Assembly (NCBI GenBank): GCA_040386535.1
Contig: JAZKFH010000083.1
Location: forward strand, 1 to 17,499
Direction: 5' to 3'
DNA: 17,499 bases
Source of the DNA: Myxococcota bacterium
GTDB lineage: Bacteria; Myxococcota_A; UBA796; SXON01
Shown: piece after piece, positions 7,016 through 15,898 of the stretch
Position numbering within the stretch: position 1 is the stretch's first letter
How the letters are laid out: the number at the start of each line of letters is the position of its first letter
The notes under the pieces: generated by a model
Database searches by the model: none
What the model was told of the DNA's origin: nothing
The model's input: only the letters and a program-made list of their open reading frames with translations
Position numbers and translations under genes: made by a program

Positions 7016-10000
7016 GCGGCCCCCTGGCCGATGTCGTCGGCCTCCTCGCCTTCCTCGGCCGAGAGCAGGTTCCGCGGGATCGTCCGCCCCCACCACCAGC
7101 GCCCGGCCTCGGCGAGCTCGCCGAACTTGAGCCCGGAGCCCGGAGCCTGCGCGAGGAACGCCTGCCACCCGGCCTCGGTAGGCGGGAGCACGGTGACCCC
7201 CGCTGTCCCCGACGCCGCGGCGCCGTTGACCACGCGCAGGCCGGCTGGCGCCATGACGGGGACCTTCTGGCTCTGGGCGTTGTAGTAGGACACCTTCGAG
7301 AGCGCCCCGACCACGGCCTCGGCGACCTGCGGCCACACGTGCTCCACCCAGTGATCGGGGGCGTAGTGCCAACCAACGCCCGGCCAGTCCCCGGAGTAGC
7401 GGAGCCTGTCGTTCGCGATCTGGCCGACCGCGCGCACCGCCGCGGGCTCCTCGTCGGCGGGGAACGTGGCGCCGTAGTGCTCGGGCTTGAGCGTGGCGAA
7501 CCGGGTGTCGTCGCCCTTGAACAGCCGCCACGACGCCTCCCCCGCCGCGCGCGCGGCGATCTGGCCGTCCTTGGTGACCTTGCCGAACTCGACGTAGTCG
7601 ACCTTGCTCGCGTTCCACGCGCTCGGGATGCCGACGTGGAGCCCCTCGTAGAGCGGTCCCCCGCCTTCGGGCACGAGCAACGGGTTCTCGCGGACGACCA
7701 CCGAGGCGGACGCCCACGGCCACGCCTCGACGTTGACGCGCGACAGGTGCTTCAGCCGCTCCTCGGCCTCGCCGCGGAGGCGTGCGGCCTCGATGCCGTC
7801 GCGGGTGCGCTCGGCATTGCGGAAGCGGGCGTTGATGGCGCGGAGGAGCTTGCTCGCCTCGGTGGCGATCTTCTTCTTCGCCTCGGCCTCGCGCTGGGCG
7901 CGCACGGCCTCGAGCCGGGCCCTCGTCTGCTCGGGGTTGCGCGAGATGAGGAGCAGGATCTCCTCGGGCCCCATGTCCATTTGGGCGCCCGGATTATTTG
8001 TGTCACGGTCCTGACTCTTCAGGAGTTGTGTCATCCACGCGCGTTTGCCCTGGATGAGGTTGAAGCGGAGCCCGTCCTGCGACCGACGCGCGAAGTAGTA
8101 GTAGATCGCGATGGCGGACAGGGTGTTGCCCTGCCGCACGCCGCGCCCGTTGCGCTGCTGGAGGGTGGCCGGCTCCCAGGGGAGGTCCAGGTGGTGGATC
8201 GCGCAGGTGCGCGTCTGGAGGTCGATGCCCTCGTAGGCGATCTGGTTGGCGATCACCACGTCGAACTTCGGCAGGGATTCGGTCTCCGCGTCCCCGTTGA
8301 ACTCCTTGGCGATGCGCTGGCGGTCGGCCGCGTTGGGGGCCACTACGGCGTTGAGCACGCCGATCCGGTCCCGGACGATGCCGGCCGACACCAACGTCTC
8401 CGTGATCCACCGATGCGCGGCGACGTTCTCGACGAACACGATGTGGCCGCACGTCCGGTTGGCGAGCACGCGCTCGGCGAGGGCCTCGAACTTGGGCGAA
8501 CTCGCGTCGGACACCTGGTCCGCGTTCTTCCAACTGTACCCCTCGTCCAGCTCGGCGTGGATGGCGACGAGCGCCATGCGCGCGAGCAGGCCGAGGATCT
8601 TCGCCTTGTCGGACGGGTCGTCGGACTTCAGCGCCGCCTCGATTTCGCGGACGTAGCGGTCGTACTTGGCGTCCTGGCCGGCGTCCATGTCGACCTCGAC
8701 CATCTCGACCTTGGGGTCGGGCAGCTTCAGGCCCACGTCCTCGGCGGTCTTGAACTCGCCGTAGCGGAGGATGGTGTCGCGCAGCTCGTGCAGGTTCTGG
8801 AACCCCACGACGGCGCCGCGCTCCTCGACCTCCATCGACGGCGTGACGACGGCCTTGATCTCGATCCGCAGGTAGCGGTCGATGAACTGCTCGGGGTCGC
8901 GGATGCCCATCCGGCGCCAGGCGTCGGGGTCGACGTACTGGATGAGGTTGTAGAACTCGAGCGGACTGTTCTTCGCCGGGGTCGCGGAGAGCAGCAAGAC
9001 GCCGGTCCCGCCGGTGCGCTTGCGGACGGCCGCACACCGGAAATCCAACTGCCAGGCCCGCTTGGATCCGTCGCCGGGGTTCCCCATGAAGCGCGGCACG
9101 CCGCCCTCGCGGTCCTCCGGCAGGTACAGATTCTTGTAGTTCTGCGCCTCGTCCACGATCAGCATGTCGACGCCGATGTCGTCCCACGCGATGCCGGGGT
9201 CGTACTCCCAGCCGTCAGCGAGCTCCATCTGCTGCGCTACCCAGGCGGCGATGCCCTCGCGGAGGATGGCCTCGTCGCGCTCGGACAGCTTCTTGCGCTT
9301 CGCGGCGTTGCGACGGCGTAGCGCCACCTCGCGCTGGATCGCCTCGGTCTGCTCGGCGTAGGCGCGCACGGCCTTCTCGTTCATGCGCGTGCGACCGAGC
9401 GCGGTGTATGTGAGCAGCACCACGTCGTACTCGCCGGCCTGGAACCGGGTCCACTTCTCGGCGCGCTCCTGCGGCGTGTCGGTGTCGCTCGTGGCGAAGC
9501 CCTTGCGGTCCCCGCGGCTGATGACCTTCTTCTTCGAGCCGATGACCGCGATGCGGTAGTCGGGGAGCACGCGCTGGATGTCCGCGTACCACTTCCAGAT
9601 GATGGAGTTGGGAACCAACACCACCGGACGCTTGCACCACCCCTCCTGGCGAGCGCGCGCGAGCACGCCGATGCCGGTGTAGGTCTTGCCGACGCCCACG
9701 TCGAAGGCGAGCAGCCCGCCGCGGTTGGCGAGGATGCGCCGTGCGCCGGCCACCTGGTGGGCGTGGAGGCGCGGCCCGTCCTTCTTCCAGCGCGCGATGG
9801 CGAGCGGATCGGCGGTGTAGGTGGGCGCGATGTAGCCGCGGAACTGGCGGTTGTAGGCGTTCTCGATGGTGAGGCGCCGCTCGGGCGTGGCGCCCGCCCA
9901 GCCCTTGAAGCTGGCGTCCCACTCGGCTGCCTTCTTCATCCGGATCTTGTCGATGTCCTTCTCGTTGTCGTCGTCGAACTTCTTGGACGGTGAGAAGAGC

Positions 10001-12144
10001 GTCTTGTCGTGGTTGATCCACCCCACGATCATCAGCACCTCGGGGTGCAGCTCCCGGTCCTTCTTGCTGAGCTCGTCGTACTGCCAGCCGCGCGGCACGA
10101 CCAAGCCACCCTGGCGGACGAACTCGACGTCGTCGTACCCGGTGTAGGTGGCGTTCACCCAGGCCGCGACCAAATCGAGCGGGAGCCAACCCTGCCGGGC
10201 CGACACACCCTCGATGTCGTCGAAGATGGCGGGTTTGATGACCTCGAGGAGGCGCTGGACCTGGGACTTGGCCTGCGCGTCCTCGGGGCGAGCCATCGCC
10301 CGGTCCATCTTCGGCCAGAGCGAGCCGGAGAGGTAGACCTCGGCGGGGAAGAGCTCGTTCCAACTGTCACCGTCGAGGCACCAACCCGCGGCGAGCACCT
10401 TCGCCCGCACCTGCTCGGGGGTAAAGGCCCCGCCCAGGCTGGCGTGGTAGTCGAGGAGCTCTCGCAGCGAGAGCATCCGCGCGTGCCGGTAGAGGTGCTC
10501 GGCCTGGGCGACCACGTCGTCGGCCCGGCCGCCGAACCGCGGCTCGATGGCCGGCGGCTTGTTGCGGAGGCCGGCGATGAGATGCCCGGCGCGGTCGAAG
10601 GCGGACAGGAAGCGCTCTGCCCCCGTGGTCCCTCCGCGCGCGAGCTTGACCAGCTCGATGCTCGCGTGCGGGTTGCCGTTCGCGCGGACCCAGGCGGCAA
10701 GCCCCTCATGGAGCTCCGGCCAGAGCAGCGGCGGCTCCTCGGCGCTCTCGGCCGCGACCAGCGCGAGGTAGCGATCGACGCGTAGCCCGAGAAGCACGGC
10801 GCTGGCGAGCTCGCGCGGAAGGTCGGTGACGTCGGCGTCGGTGGCGCGCGTGACACCGACGCGGCCGGCGGCGCCCGGGGCGGCCTGCCGCGACGGGAAC
10901 GCGATGACCTTGCAGTCGCCGCAGATCGGGCGCTCGACGAGCGCGGGGAGCCCGGTGAACTCCCCCTGCACCTGGTAGCCCCAGCGCGGCTTGGTGGTCT
11001 GGTCGTCCTCGCCGTGGTCGTCGCCGACTTCGCGGCCGAGGATGTGGCGGGGGTACTCCTTGAAGTAGGCCCCCGAGACGATGCCTGCATCGGCGTTGTC
11101 GACCGCGTCCAGCTCGCCGCCGCGGGCGCGGAAGAAGAGCAGGTCGGTGACGAGCATGGCGCCAGGGAAGATCGCCTCGCGGCCGTTCGCGCGGACGCTC
11201 GGGAGGCGGAACGCGGCGGCGAGGTGGTGCCGACGGAGCACCTTCTCACGGAGGGCGACGAACTGGGCCGTCCTGCTCGTGAGGAAGCCGCCGGGGATCA
11301 GGAAGACGCCCAGCCCGTCGGGGGCGAGCAGGTCGAGGCCCCGGCGAAGGAAGTAGTGGTACGCCATCTTTTCGCGGTACGCCCGCTCGGGGTCCTCAGC
11401 GATGGATGCGCCGCGGATGCCGTACGGCGGGTTCGACACGACGAGGCCGAGGCGCCCGGCGGCGCCCGCGCCCTTCTCCCGCACCCAGCGTTCGAAGGGG
11501 GCGTTGGTGAGATCCAAGTCGGCCCGAAGCGCCTTCAGCATCCGCGCGGAGAGCTCGGACCACTCGACGGCGTGCCAGGTCAGGCCCGGGACGTTGGCGA
11601 AGGCGTGCAGGAAGCGGCCGATGCCGGCCGAAGGCTCCAGCGCGTGGACCGAGTTGCCGTCCATCGGGAGGCTGTCGACGAGCGGCGCCACGACGCGGGC
11701 GACCTCGCGAGTCACCTTCGTCGGGGTGTAGAACTCATGGATCAGGCCCCTTTCTTCGGGGGCGGGGAAGCCCGGCGGGAACTTGCCCGCGGCGGCTTGG
11801 ATCGAGAGGCCGCCCCAGCCGGAGTAGCCGGCGAGGACGGCGCGCTCGTCCGCGCTCGGCATGCGGCGGTCGGCGTAGATGCGCGACGCCACGACCATCG
11901 CGGCGACGTTGGCGGCGGTGCGCTTCGAGGCGGTCCAGAGCTCGGGGATGTCTTCGTCGCCGAAGGGGCGGTTCGCCGCATCCATCCGACGGAGGACTGG
12001 CCCGAGGTTCTGCTCGATGACGGCCTCGAGCGCGAAGCGGTTTCTACCGAGGAAGTCGTCGAGGTACGCGACGTCGATCCCCGCGGGGAGGCGGGTGCGG
12101 ACGAGGGGGACGATCGCGTCGAGGAGCTGGGCGGCGGCGCTCAT
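7012..12144 (-). CDS. DarB-like N6-adenine DNA methyltransferase / SNF2 (SF2) helicase fusion (1710 aa)
   Basis: MTase: GYSGWGG, EFYTP, LEPSAGIGRF, VSNPPYG (NPPY at 11422-11433). Helicase: LLAFDVGVGKT, LIVDEAQNYKNL, LSATPAKNS, EGIDLQ, HHLDLPWEPATLQQRNGRGVRQGN. This domain order matches phage P1 DarB and its mobile-element relatives. RBS-like AAGGAAGG and ATGA overlap. Confidence 0.92.
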   Translation of the reverse strand: MSAAAQLLDAIVPLVRTRLPAGIDVAYLDDFLGRNRFALEAVIEQNLGPVLRRMDAANRPFGDEDIPELWTASKRTAANVAAMVVASRIYADRRMPSADERAVLAGYSGWGGLSIQAAAGKFPPGFPAPEERGLIHEFYTPTKVTREVARVVAPLVDSLPMDGNSVHALEPSAGIGRFLHAFANVPGLTWHAVEWSELSARMLKALRADLDLTNAPFERWVREKGAGAAGRLGLVVSNPPYGIRGASIAEDPERAYREKMAYHYFLRRGLDLLAPDGLGVFLIPGGFLTSRTAQFVALREKVLRRHHLAAAFRLPSVRANGREAIFPGAMLVTDLLFFRARGGELDAVDNADAGIVSGAYFKEYPRHILGREVGDDHGEDDQTTKPRWGYQVQGEFTGLPALVERPICGDCKVIAFPSRQAAPGAAGRVGVTRATDADVTDLPRELASAVLLGLRVDRYLALVAAESAEEPPLLWPELHEGLAAWVRANGNPHASIELVKLARGGTTGAERFLSAFDRAGHLIAGLRNKPPAIEPRFGGRADDVVAQAEHLYRHARMLSLRELLDYHASLGGAFTPEQVRAKVLAAGWCLDGDSWNELFPAEVYLSGSLWPKMDRAMARPEDAQAKSQVQRLLEVIKPAIFDDIEGVSARQGWLPLDLVAAWVNATYTGYDDVEFVRQGGLVVPRGWQYDELSKKDRELHPEVLMIVGWINHDKTLFSPSKKFDDDNEKDIDKIRMKKAAEWDASFKGWAGATPERRLTIENAYNRQFRGYIAPTYTADPLAIARWKKDGPRLHAHQVAGARRILANRGGLLAFDVGVGKTYTGIGVLARARQEGWCKRPVVLVPNSIIWKWYADIQRVLPDYRIAVIGSKKKVISRGDRKGFATSDTDTPQERAEKWTRFQAGEYDVVLLTYTALGRTRMNEKAVRAYAEQTEAIQREVALRRRNAAKRKKLSERDEAILREGIAAWVAQQMELADGWEYDPGIAWDDIGVDMLIVDEAQNYKNLYLPEDREGGVPRFMGNPGDGSKRAWQLDFRCAAVRKRTGGTGVLLLSATPAKNSPLEFYNLIQYVDPDAWRRMGIRDPEQFIDRYLRIEIKAVVTPSMEVEERGAVVGFQNLHELRDTILRYGEFKTAEDVGLKLPDPKVEMVEVDMDAGQDAKYDRYVREIEAALKSDDPSDKAKILGLLARMALVAIHAELDEGYSWKNADQVSDASSPKFEALAERVLANRTCGHIVFVENVAAHRWITETLVSAGIVRDRIGVLNAVVAPNAADRQRIAKEFNGDAETESLPKFDVVIANQIAYEGIDLQTRTCAIHHLDLPWEPATLQQRNGRGVRQGNTLSAIAIYYYFARRSQDGLRFNLIQGKRAWMTQLLKSQDRDTNNPGAQMDMGPEEILLLISRNPEQTRARLEAVRAQREAEAKKKIATEASKLLRAINARFRNAERTRDGIEAARLRGEAEERLKHLSRVNVEAWPWASASVVVRENPLLVPEGGGPLYEGLHVGIPSAWNASKVDYVEFGKVTKDGQIAARAAGEASWRLFKGDDTRFATLKPEHYGATFPADEEPAAVRAVGQIANDRLRYSGDWPGVGWHYAPDHWVEHVWPQVAEAVVGALSKVSYYNAQSQKVPVMAPAGLRVVNGAAASGTAGVTVLPPTEAGWQAFLAQAPGSGLKFGELAEAGRWWWGRTIPRNLLSAEEGEEADDIGQGAA

Positions 12145-12398
12145 GAGGGGCCTTCCTTTCCGAGCTGCTCGATCAGCGCCCGGTCACGTTCCGAGAGCTC
12201 GACCTGGATGGTGATCTTCACCCCCCGGCCGAGCAGGTACGCCCCCCACACCAGCGCCCCGTAGGGCCCGAGCGCGAGGAGGTGGTCGAGCGAGGGCGCC
12301 GACACAACGTCCCCGGGCATGCCGTCCCCGGCGAGCGCGCTGGCCACGCACGAGCCGAGGAGGAGGAGCGGCCCGCAGAGGAGGAACGCCTTGCTCAC
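12141..12398 (-). CDS. Small membrane protein (85 aa), holin-like or virion membrane protein
   Basis: 4-nt overlaps at both ends. Hydrophobic N-terminus (possible signal peptide or lipobox LLGSC), a second hydrophobic stretch LLALGPYGALVWGAYLLG, and a charged C-terminus. Confidence 0.7.
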   Translation of the reverse strand: MSKAFLLCGPLLLLGSCVASALAGDGMPGDVVSAPSLDHLLALGPYGALVWGAYLLGRGVKITIQVELSERDRALIEQLGKEGPS

Positions 12399-13864
12399 GC
12401 TCCACCGCCCATCTGCTGCGCGGCCTGCTTGATGGCATCCGCGAACGCGTTGACCAGCGCCTGGTCCTTCGCAGGGTCGACTTCAGCGGCCTTCGCCTTC
12501 CGGGTCTTCGGCGCCTTCACCGTCGGCGCGGCCTGCGGCGGCGCCGACGGCGGCCACACCGGCTGCATCGGGACCGTCGGCCGGGCGCCGCTCGTTCGAG
12601 GCGCGGGTCCGATCTTCTGCTGGCCTGCCGAGCACGACTTCGCCGCTCGCGCGGCCGCGAGGGCGACGCGCTCGGAGATGCGCCGCAATGTGGTCACGAT
12701 GTCGGGCTTCTCTCCGCGTGCGATGGCGTCGCGAGCCTGCGCGTAGGCGTCGGCCCCGCGCCGAAGGTCCTCCCACGCCATCTTCTGCTCTTTGCCGGAG
12801 CACAGCGGCGACTTCACCAGGGCCTCCGCGTGGCGTAGGAGCTTTCCGGCGCGGACCAGGAGCTCCGGAGCTTCGGTGGAACCCCACAGCGACTGCGACA
12901 GCTCCTGGAGCGCCGATGCTTCCTTCTCGGTCGCAGAGGCGATGCGCGCCACGGACGTCGGGCAGGCCGGGGGCTCCGGCGCGGCGATCTCCGAGAGCGG
13001 TGGCGCTACGACGATGCCCTGAGGTCCACCGTAATCGTAGCCGTCGGCCTTCTCTGGCGGGATCGTCGCGACGGGTCCCCTCCCCCGCGTGAGCGCGCTC
13101 GCGTGCTTCTCTGCCTTGCCTTTCTCCCGCGAGCCGAACTTGGCGACCACGGAGCCCACGTCGTTGACGACAGCCCACCCGTCCGCCTGCTCGGTCGCGC
13201 GGAAGCTCGACCGGCCCTGGTAGCGGTCGGTGGGATCCTTCGCATCCTTCGGCGAGGTGTACGGGTGCTGCGCGGCGTAGTCGGCGTCCACCGTGTTGCG
13301 GCGGCGCGTGTCGCGGAAGCTGCACGCCTCGCTCACGAGCCCGATGACGAGACCCATGCCCGCCTGGATGGCCTCGGCAAGGCTGGTGCGCTCGGCGCTC
13401 TCCTGCTTCGCCGCCGTGAACCACTTGCCGGCGCGGTCGAAGGTCGCCGTCCAGCGGCCATCCGCCTTCGACGCGAGCTTCAGCGTGCCGTAGGCGGCCA
13501 CTTTGCGTTCCAGGCGCACGGACGGCGTGCCGTCGTCGCAGAGCAGAAATCCCGACCACTTGCCGCGGAGGGTCGCCGGTCCTGCCGGGGGCAGGCCTGC
13601 CTTCACGCGCTTGATCTCGACCACCGCGTCCGCCGGCGGCAGGTCCAACTCCGGCGCGTGCGAGGGGGCGAGCCCCAGGTCCGTGCGCCAGACCTTCGCC
13701 GGCGCCTTCTTCACCTGGTGGACGTGGAGGGCCACATTGTCGCGCGGGCGCATGGCGAACGCGACCTCACCGCCGCACCCACGCCCGTAGGTGAGGAGCA
13801 GGCGGGGAACGTCCTCGTCGGCGCCGACGATCGTGAGGCGGAACTTCTCGGGCTTGGTGATCAT
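12395..13864 (-). CDS. Hypothetical multidomain protein (489 aa)
   Basis: Tightly packed in the operon (3-nt gap upstream, GTGA overlap downstream) with protein-like composition. Beta-rich N-terminal half, helical C-terminal half and Pro/Ala/Lys linkers. No family confidently recognised. Confidence 0.8.
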   Translation of the reverse strand: MITKPEKFRLTIVGADEDVPRLLLTYGRGCGGEVAFAMRPRDNVALHVHQVKKAPAKVWRTDLGLAPSHAPELDLPPADAVVEIKRVKAGLPPAGPATLRGKWSGFLLCDDGTPSVRLERKVAAYGTLKLASKADGRWTATFDRAGKWFTAAKQESAERTSLAEAIQAGMGLVIGLVSEACSFRDTRRRNTVDADYAAQHPYTSPKDAKDPTDRYQGRSSFRATEQADGWAVVNDVGSVVAKFGSREKGKAEKHASALTRGRGPVATIPPEKADGYDYGGPQGIVVAPPLSEIAAPEPPACPTSVARIASATEKEASALQELSQSLWGSTEAPELLVRAGKLLRHAEALVKSPLCSGKEQKMAWEDLRRGADAYAQARDAIARGEKPDIVTTLRRISERVALAAARAAKSCSAGQQKIGPAPRTSGARPTVPMQPVWPPSAPPQAAPTVKAPKTRKAKAAEVDPAKDQALVNAFADAIKQAAQQMGGGA

Positions 13865-13867
13865 GGT

Positions 13868-14521
13868 TCAGCCTTTCCCCAGCTTGGGGAGGAGGTAGAC
13901 GGCGGCGCCGGCGACGCCGAGAGCCGCGATGAGCCAACCCCACCCGCCGCCGCGGGGCGGGTCAGTGGGCATGTCGGAGCGCGGCGCCGTCTCGTTGATG
14001 CGCGCGAGGGCCTCGGCCAGCGACGGGTCGCGCTCGATGAGCGCGATCTCCTGCTGGAGCGTCTCGGCCTCCTTGTAGTGGACGACGGCCCAGGCGATGC
14101 CGGTGAACGACACCGCAACGACCGCCCCGGCGGCAGCGAGCGCGATCACGATGACGCCGGGCGCCACCCCGACCTCGGTGGCGCTCCCCTTCTCTGCTTC
14201 GGTCGCGGGCCGCTCGTACTCGGTGTAGCCGCGGGCGTGCGCGCTCCAGGCCGTGAGTAGATCGACGACACGCCGCTCCAACGCGACGAGCGCCGCGTTG
14301 GTCGGGTCCTTGGCCCTCACCTGGATCACGGCCACGTGCGCCTGCACGAGGCGCCGGCCCATGCCCGCGACCATGGCGCGGTAGGCCGCGACGACCGTGA
14401 CCAGCGGCTTCGGATCGGACGCCGCGAACGTCTTCACGCGGGACAGGGACTGCTCCGCCGTGATGCGCATCGCGTTGATGCGCTCCCGGAGGGCTTCCTT
14501 GCTGACGACGAGGGGCGACAC
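13868..14521 (-). CDS. Membrane protein with two hydrophobic segments (217 aa), putative virion membrane or entry protein
   Basis: Helical N-terminus, internal VAPGVIVIALAAAGAVVAVSFTGIAWAVV, and C-terminal anchor WGWLIAALGVAGAAVYLLPK. GTG start 1 nt after the upstream stop. Confidence 0.75.
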   Translation of the reverse strand: MSPLVVSKEALRERINAMRITAEQSLSRVKTFAASDPKPLVTVVAAYRAMVAGMGRRLVQAHVAVIQVRAKDPTNAALVALERRVVDLLTAWSAHARGYTEYERPATEAEKGSATEVGVAPGVIVIALAAAGAVVAVSFTGIAWAVVHYKEAETLQQEIALIERDPSLAEALARINETAPRSDMPTDPPRGGGWGWLIAALGVAGAAVYLLPKLGKG

Positions 14522-14522
14522 C

Positions 14523-15320
14523 TCAGCGTCCCCGCCGGCAGTCGTCGCAACCCACCGGCGCCACGGGAGCCTGCTGCGCGGGCGCCGGAGCTGCCGCCGG
14601 AGCGGGATCCGGCGGGGGAGCGAGCTTCTGGAGGATGCGGTTCTTCACGAGCGGGTACAGCACGAGCGGCAGGATGCCGACGTTGTCCCCCGCAACCTTC
14701 TTCGCGGCCGCGTCGGACACGAGCTGGACGATGTAGAGGCCGGGGCTGATCGTCGTGACCATTGCGCGCTGGCCGGGCTTCGTCTGGATGCGGCCGCCCT
14801 CGCCGAGCGGCACCGGCTTGGACCACGCCGACGCGAGGAGCTTCCCCGCCTCCAGGAACAGGTTGCGCTTCTGACGCGCGGGCTCGGCGCCGACGTAGCC
14901 GTCGAGCCAGTTGCCTGTCTCCACGTCCGGGATCTCGTCCAGCCCCTCGTCGTCAAGGGGCTGGTCGAGCTCGGCCATCTCTTCGGGGGTGTCCTCGGGG
15001 AGCTCGTCGAGCAGCTCGTCCGTGGGCGCCGCGCTGGGCTTCCGGGCCTTCTTCGGGGCGGTCCACCCAAGGCGCTTCAGGTCGCTCATCACCGCGCGAA
15101 GACGCCCGGTGAGGACGTGAACGCGACGCTCCCACCGCGGGGGCTGTTTCTCGCGCAGGCGCTTGATGCGACGGCGAATCGCCTTGGCCACGCGCAGCTT
15201 TGCCCCGATCTTTCCCCGCGGGCCCTTCTTCTTGCGCCCGGCGACGTCGTCCCGCTCGCCGGCAAAGTTGGGCTGGGAGAAGTCGACGACGCGGGCGCGG
15301 ATGTAGCGAGAAGAGGTCAT
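14523..15320 (-). CDS. Hypothetical protein with alternating basic and acidic blocks (265 aa), putative core/scaffold protein
   Basis: ATG at 15320 overlaps the upstream stop (ATGA), with GGGAG upstream, so it is preferred over the track start at 15425. Basic block RKKKGPRGK...RRRIKRLREK, acidic block DELLDELPEDTPEE...DDEGLDE, and C-terminal CDDC. Confidence 0.75.
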   Translation of the reverse strand: MTSSRYIRARVVDFSQPNFAGERDDVAGRKKKGPRGKIGAKLRVAKAIRRRIKRLREKQPPRWERRVHVLTGRLRAVMSDLKRLGWTAPKKARKPSAAPTDELLDELPEDTPEEMAELDQPLDDEGLDEIPDVETGNWLDGYVGAEPARQKRNLFLEAGKLLASAWSKPVPLGEGGRIQTKPGQRAMVTTISPGLYIVQLVSDAAAKKVAGDNVGILPLVLYPLVKNRILQKLAPPPDPAPAAAPAPAQQAPVAPVGCDDCRRGR

Positions 15321-15886
15321 ACGGACTCCCGGCGCCGGGGGCGGCGCGCGTGCGGGTAGCGGTGGGCGTCGGGCGCGCGGCGGAGGCCGGCGAGGCGGAC
15401 GCGGGTGACGATGCGCTCGTGACACTGGCGGCCGTCGAGGCGCTCCTCGAGCATGCCGAGGCGGGCGGAGGGGTCGTCGAACCAGACGGTCCCGTCGACG
15501 AGGTAGCGGACGATGCAGTGGTAGAGGCCGTGCTCGCCAGGGCGCACGGAGGTGGTGAGCGCCACTTCAGCGCGGATTGACGTGAGGCCCGCCGCTTTCG
15601 CCGCCGCGTAGCCGGGATCGCGGGGCGAGAGCGCCCTCCATCCCCGTGCGAGCAGCTCGCCCGCGCGAGCCGCCGCGAGCGCGTCACAGTCCTCCCAGCC
15701 CTGCGCGAGGAGCTGGATGAAGTCGGACCAGGTCTCCTCCTCCTCTCGCCCATACACGACGCTCGTGCTGTAGAGCAGCGGCAACGTGGGCCGCTCGCGG
15801 AGCAGGCGCGCGTTGCAGCGCGCGAGCCAGTTGAGCAGGCTCACGGCGTCGCGTTCGTTGAAGGTGAGGGCGACCGTGATGTTCAC
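15317..15886 (-). CDS. Transglutaminase-like (papain-fold) Cys-His-Asp enzyme, putative maturation protease (189 aa)
   Basis: GWEDCDALAAARAGELLARG (Cys codon 15686-15688 at a helix start), YHCIV (His 15518-15520) and WFDDPS give the C-H-D order and spacing of transglutaminase-like cores. GGAG before GTG. Confidence 0.65.
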   Translation of the reverse strand: MNITVALTFNERDAVSLLNWLARCNARLLRERPTLPLLYSTSVVYGREEEETWSDFIQLLAQGWEDCDALAAARAGELLARGWRALSPRDPGYAAAKAAGLTSIRAEVALTTSVRPGEHGLYHCIVRYLVDGTVWFDDPSARLGMLEERLDGRQCHERIVTRVRLAGLRRAPDAHRYPHARRPRRRESV

Positions 15887-15898
15887 GGAGAGCTCCGA

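Noticed and set aside
5718..7723. Full-length track ORFs 5718..7376 (552 aa) and 6050..7723 (557 aa)
   Set aside because: Their N-terminal parts are Arg/Gly/Pro-rich off-frame readings overlapping real genes. Only 5718-6011 and 6050-7015 look real.
9142..9153. DEAQ instead of DEAH in helicase motif II as a sign of inactivation
   Set aside because: The catalytic DE pair and all other motifs are intact, and DEAQ occurs in active SF2/SNF2 proteins.
6916..9321. 801-aa plus-strand ORF, and similar ORFs at 4580-5800, 11014-12264, 13103-14260 and 14397-15359
   Set aside because: Antisense to well-supported minus-strand genes, with typical shadow composition.
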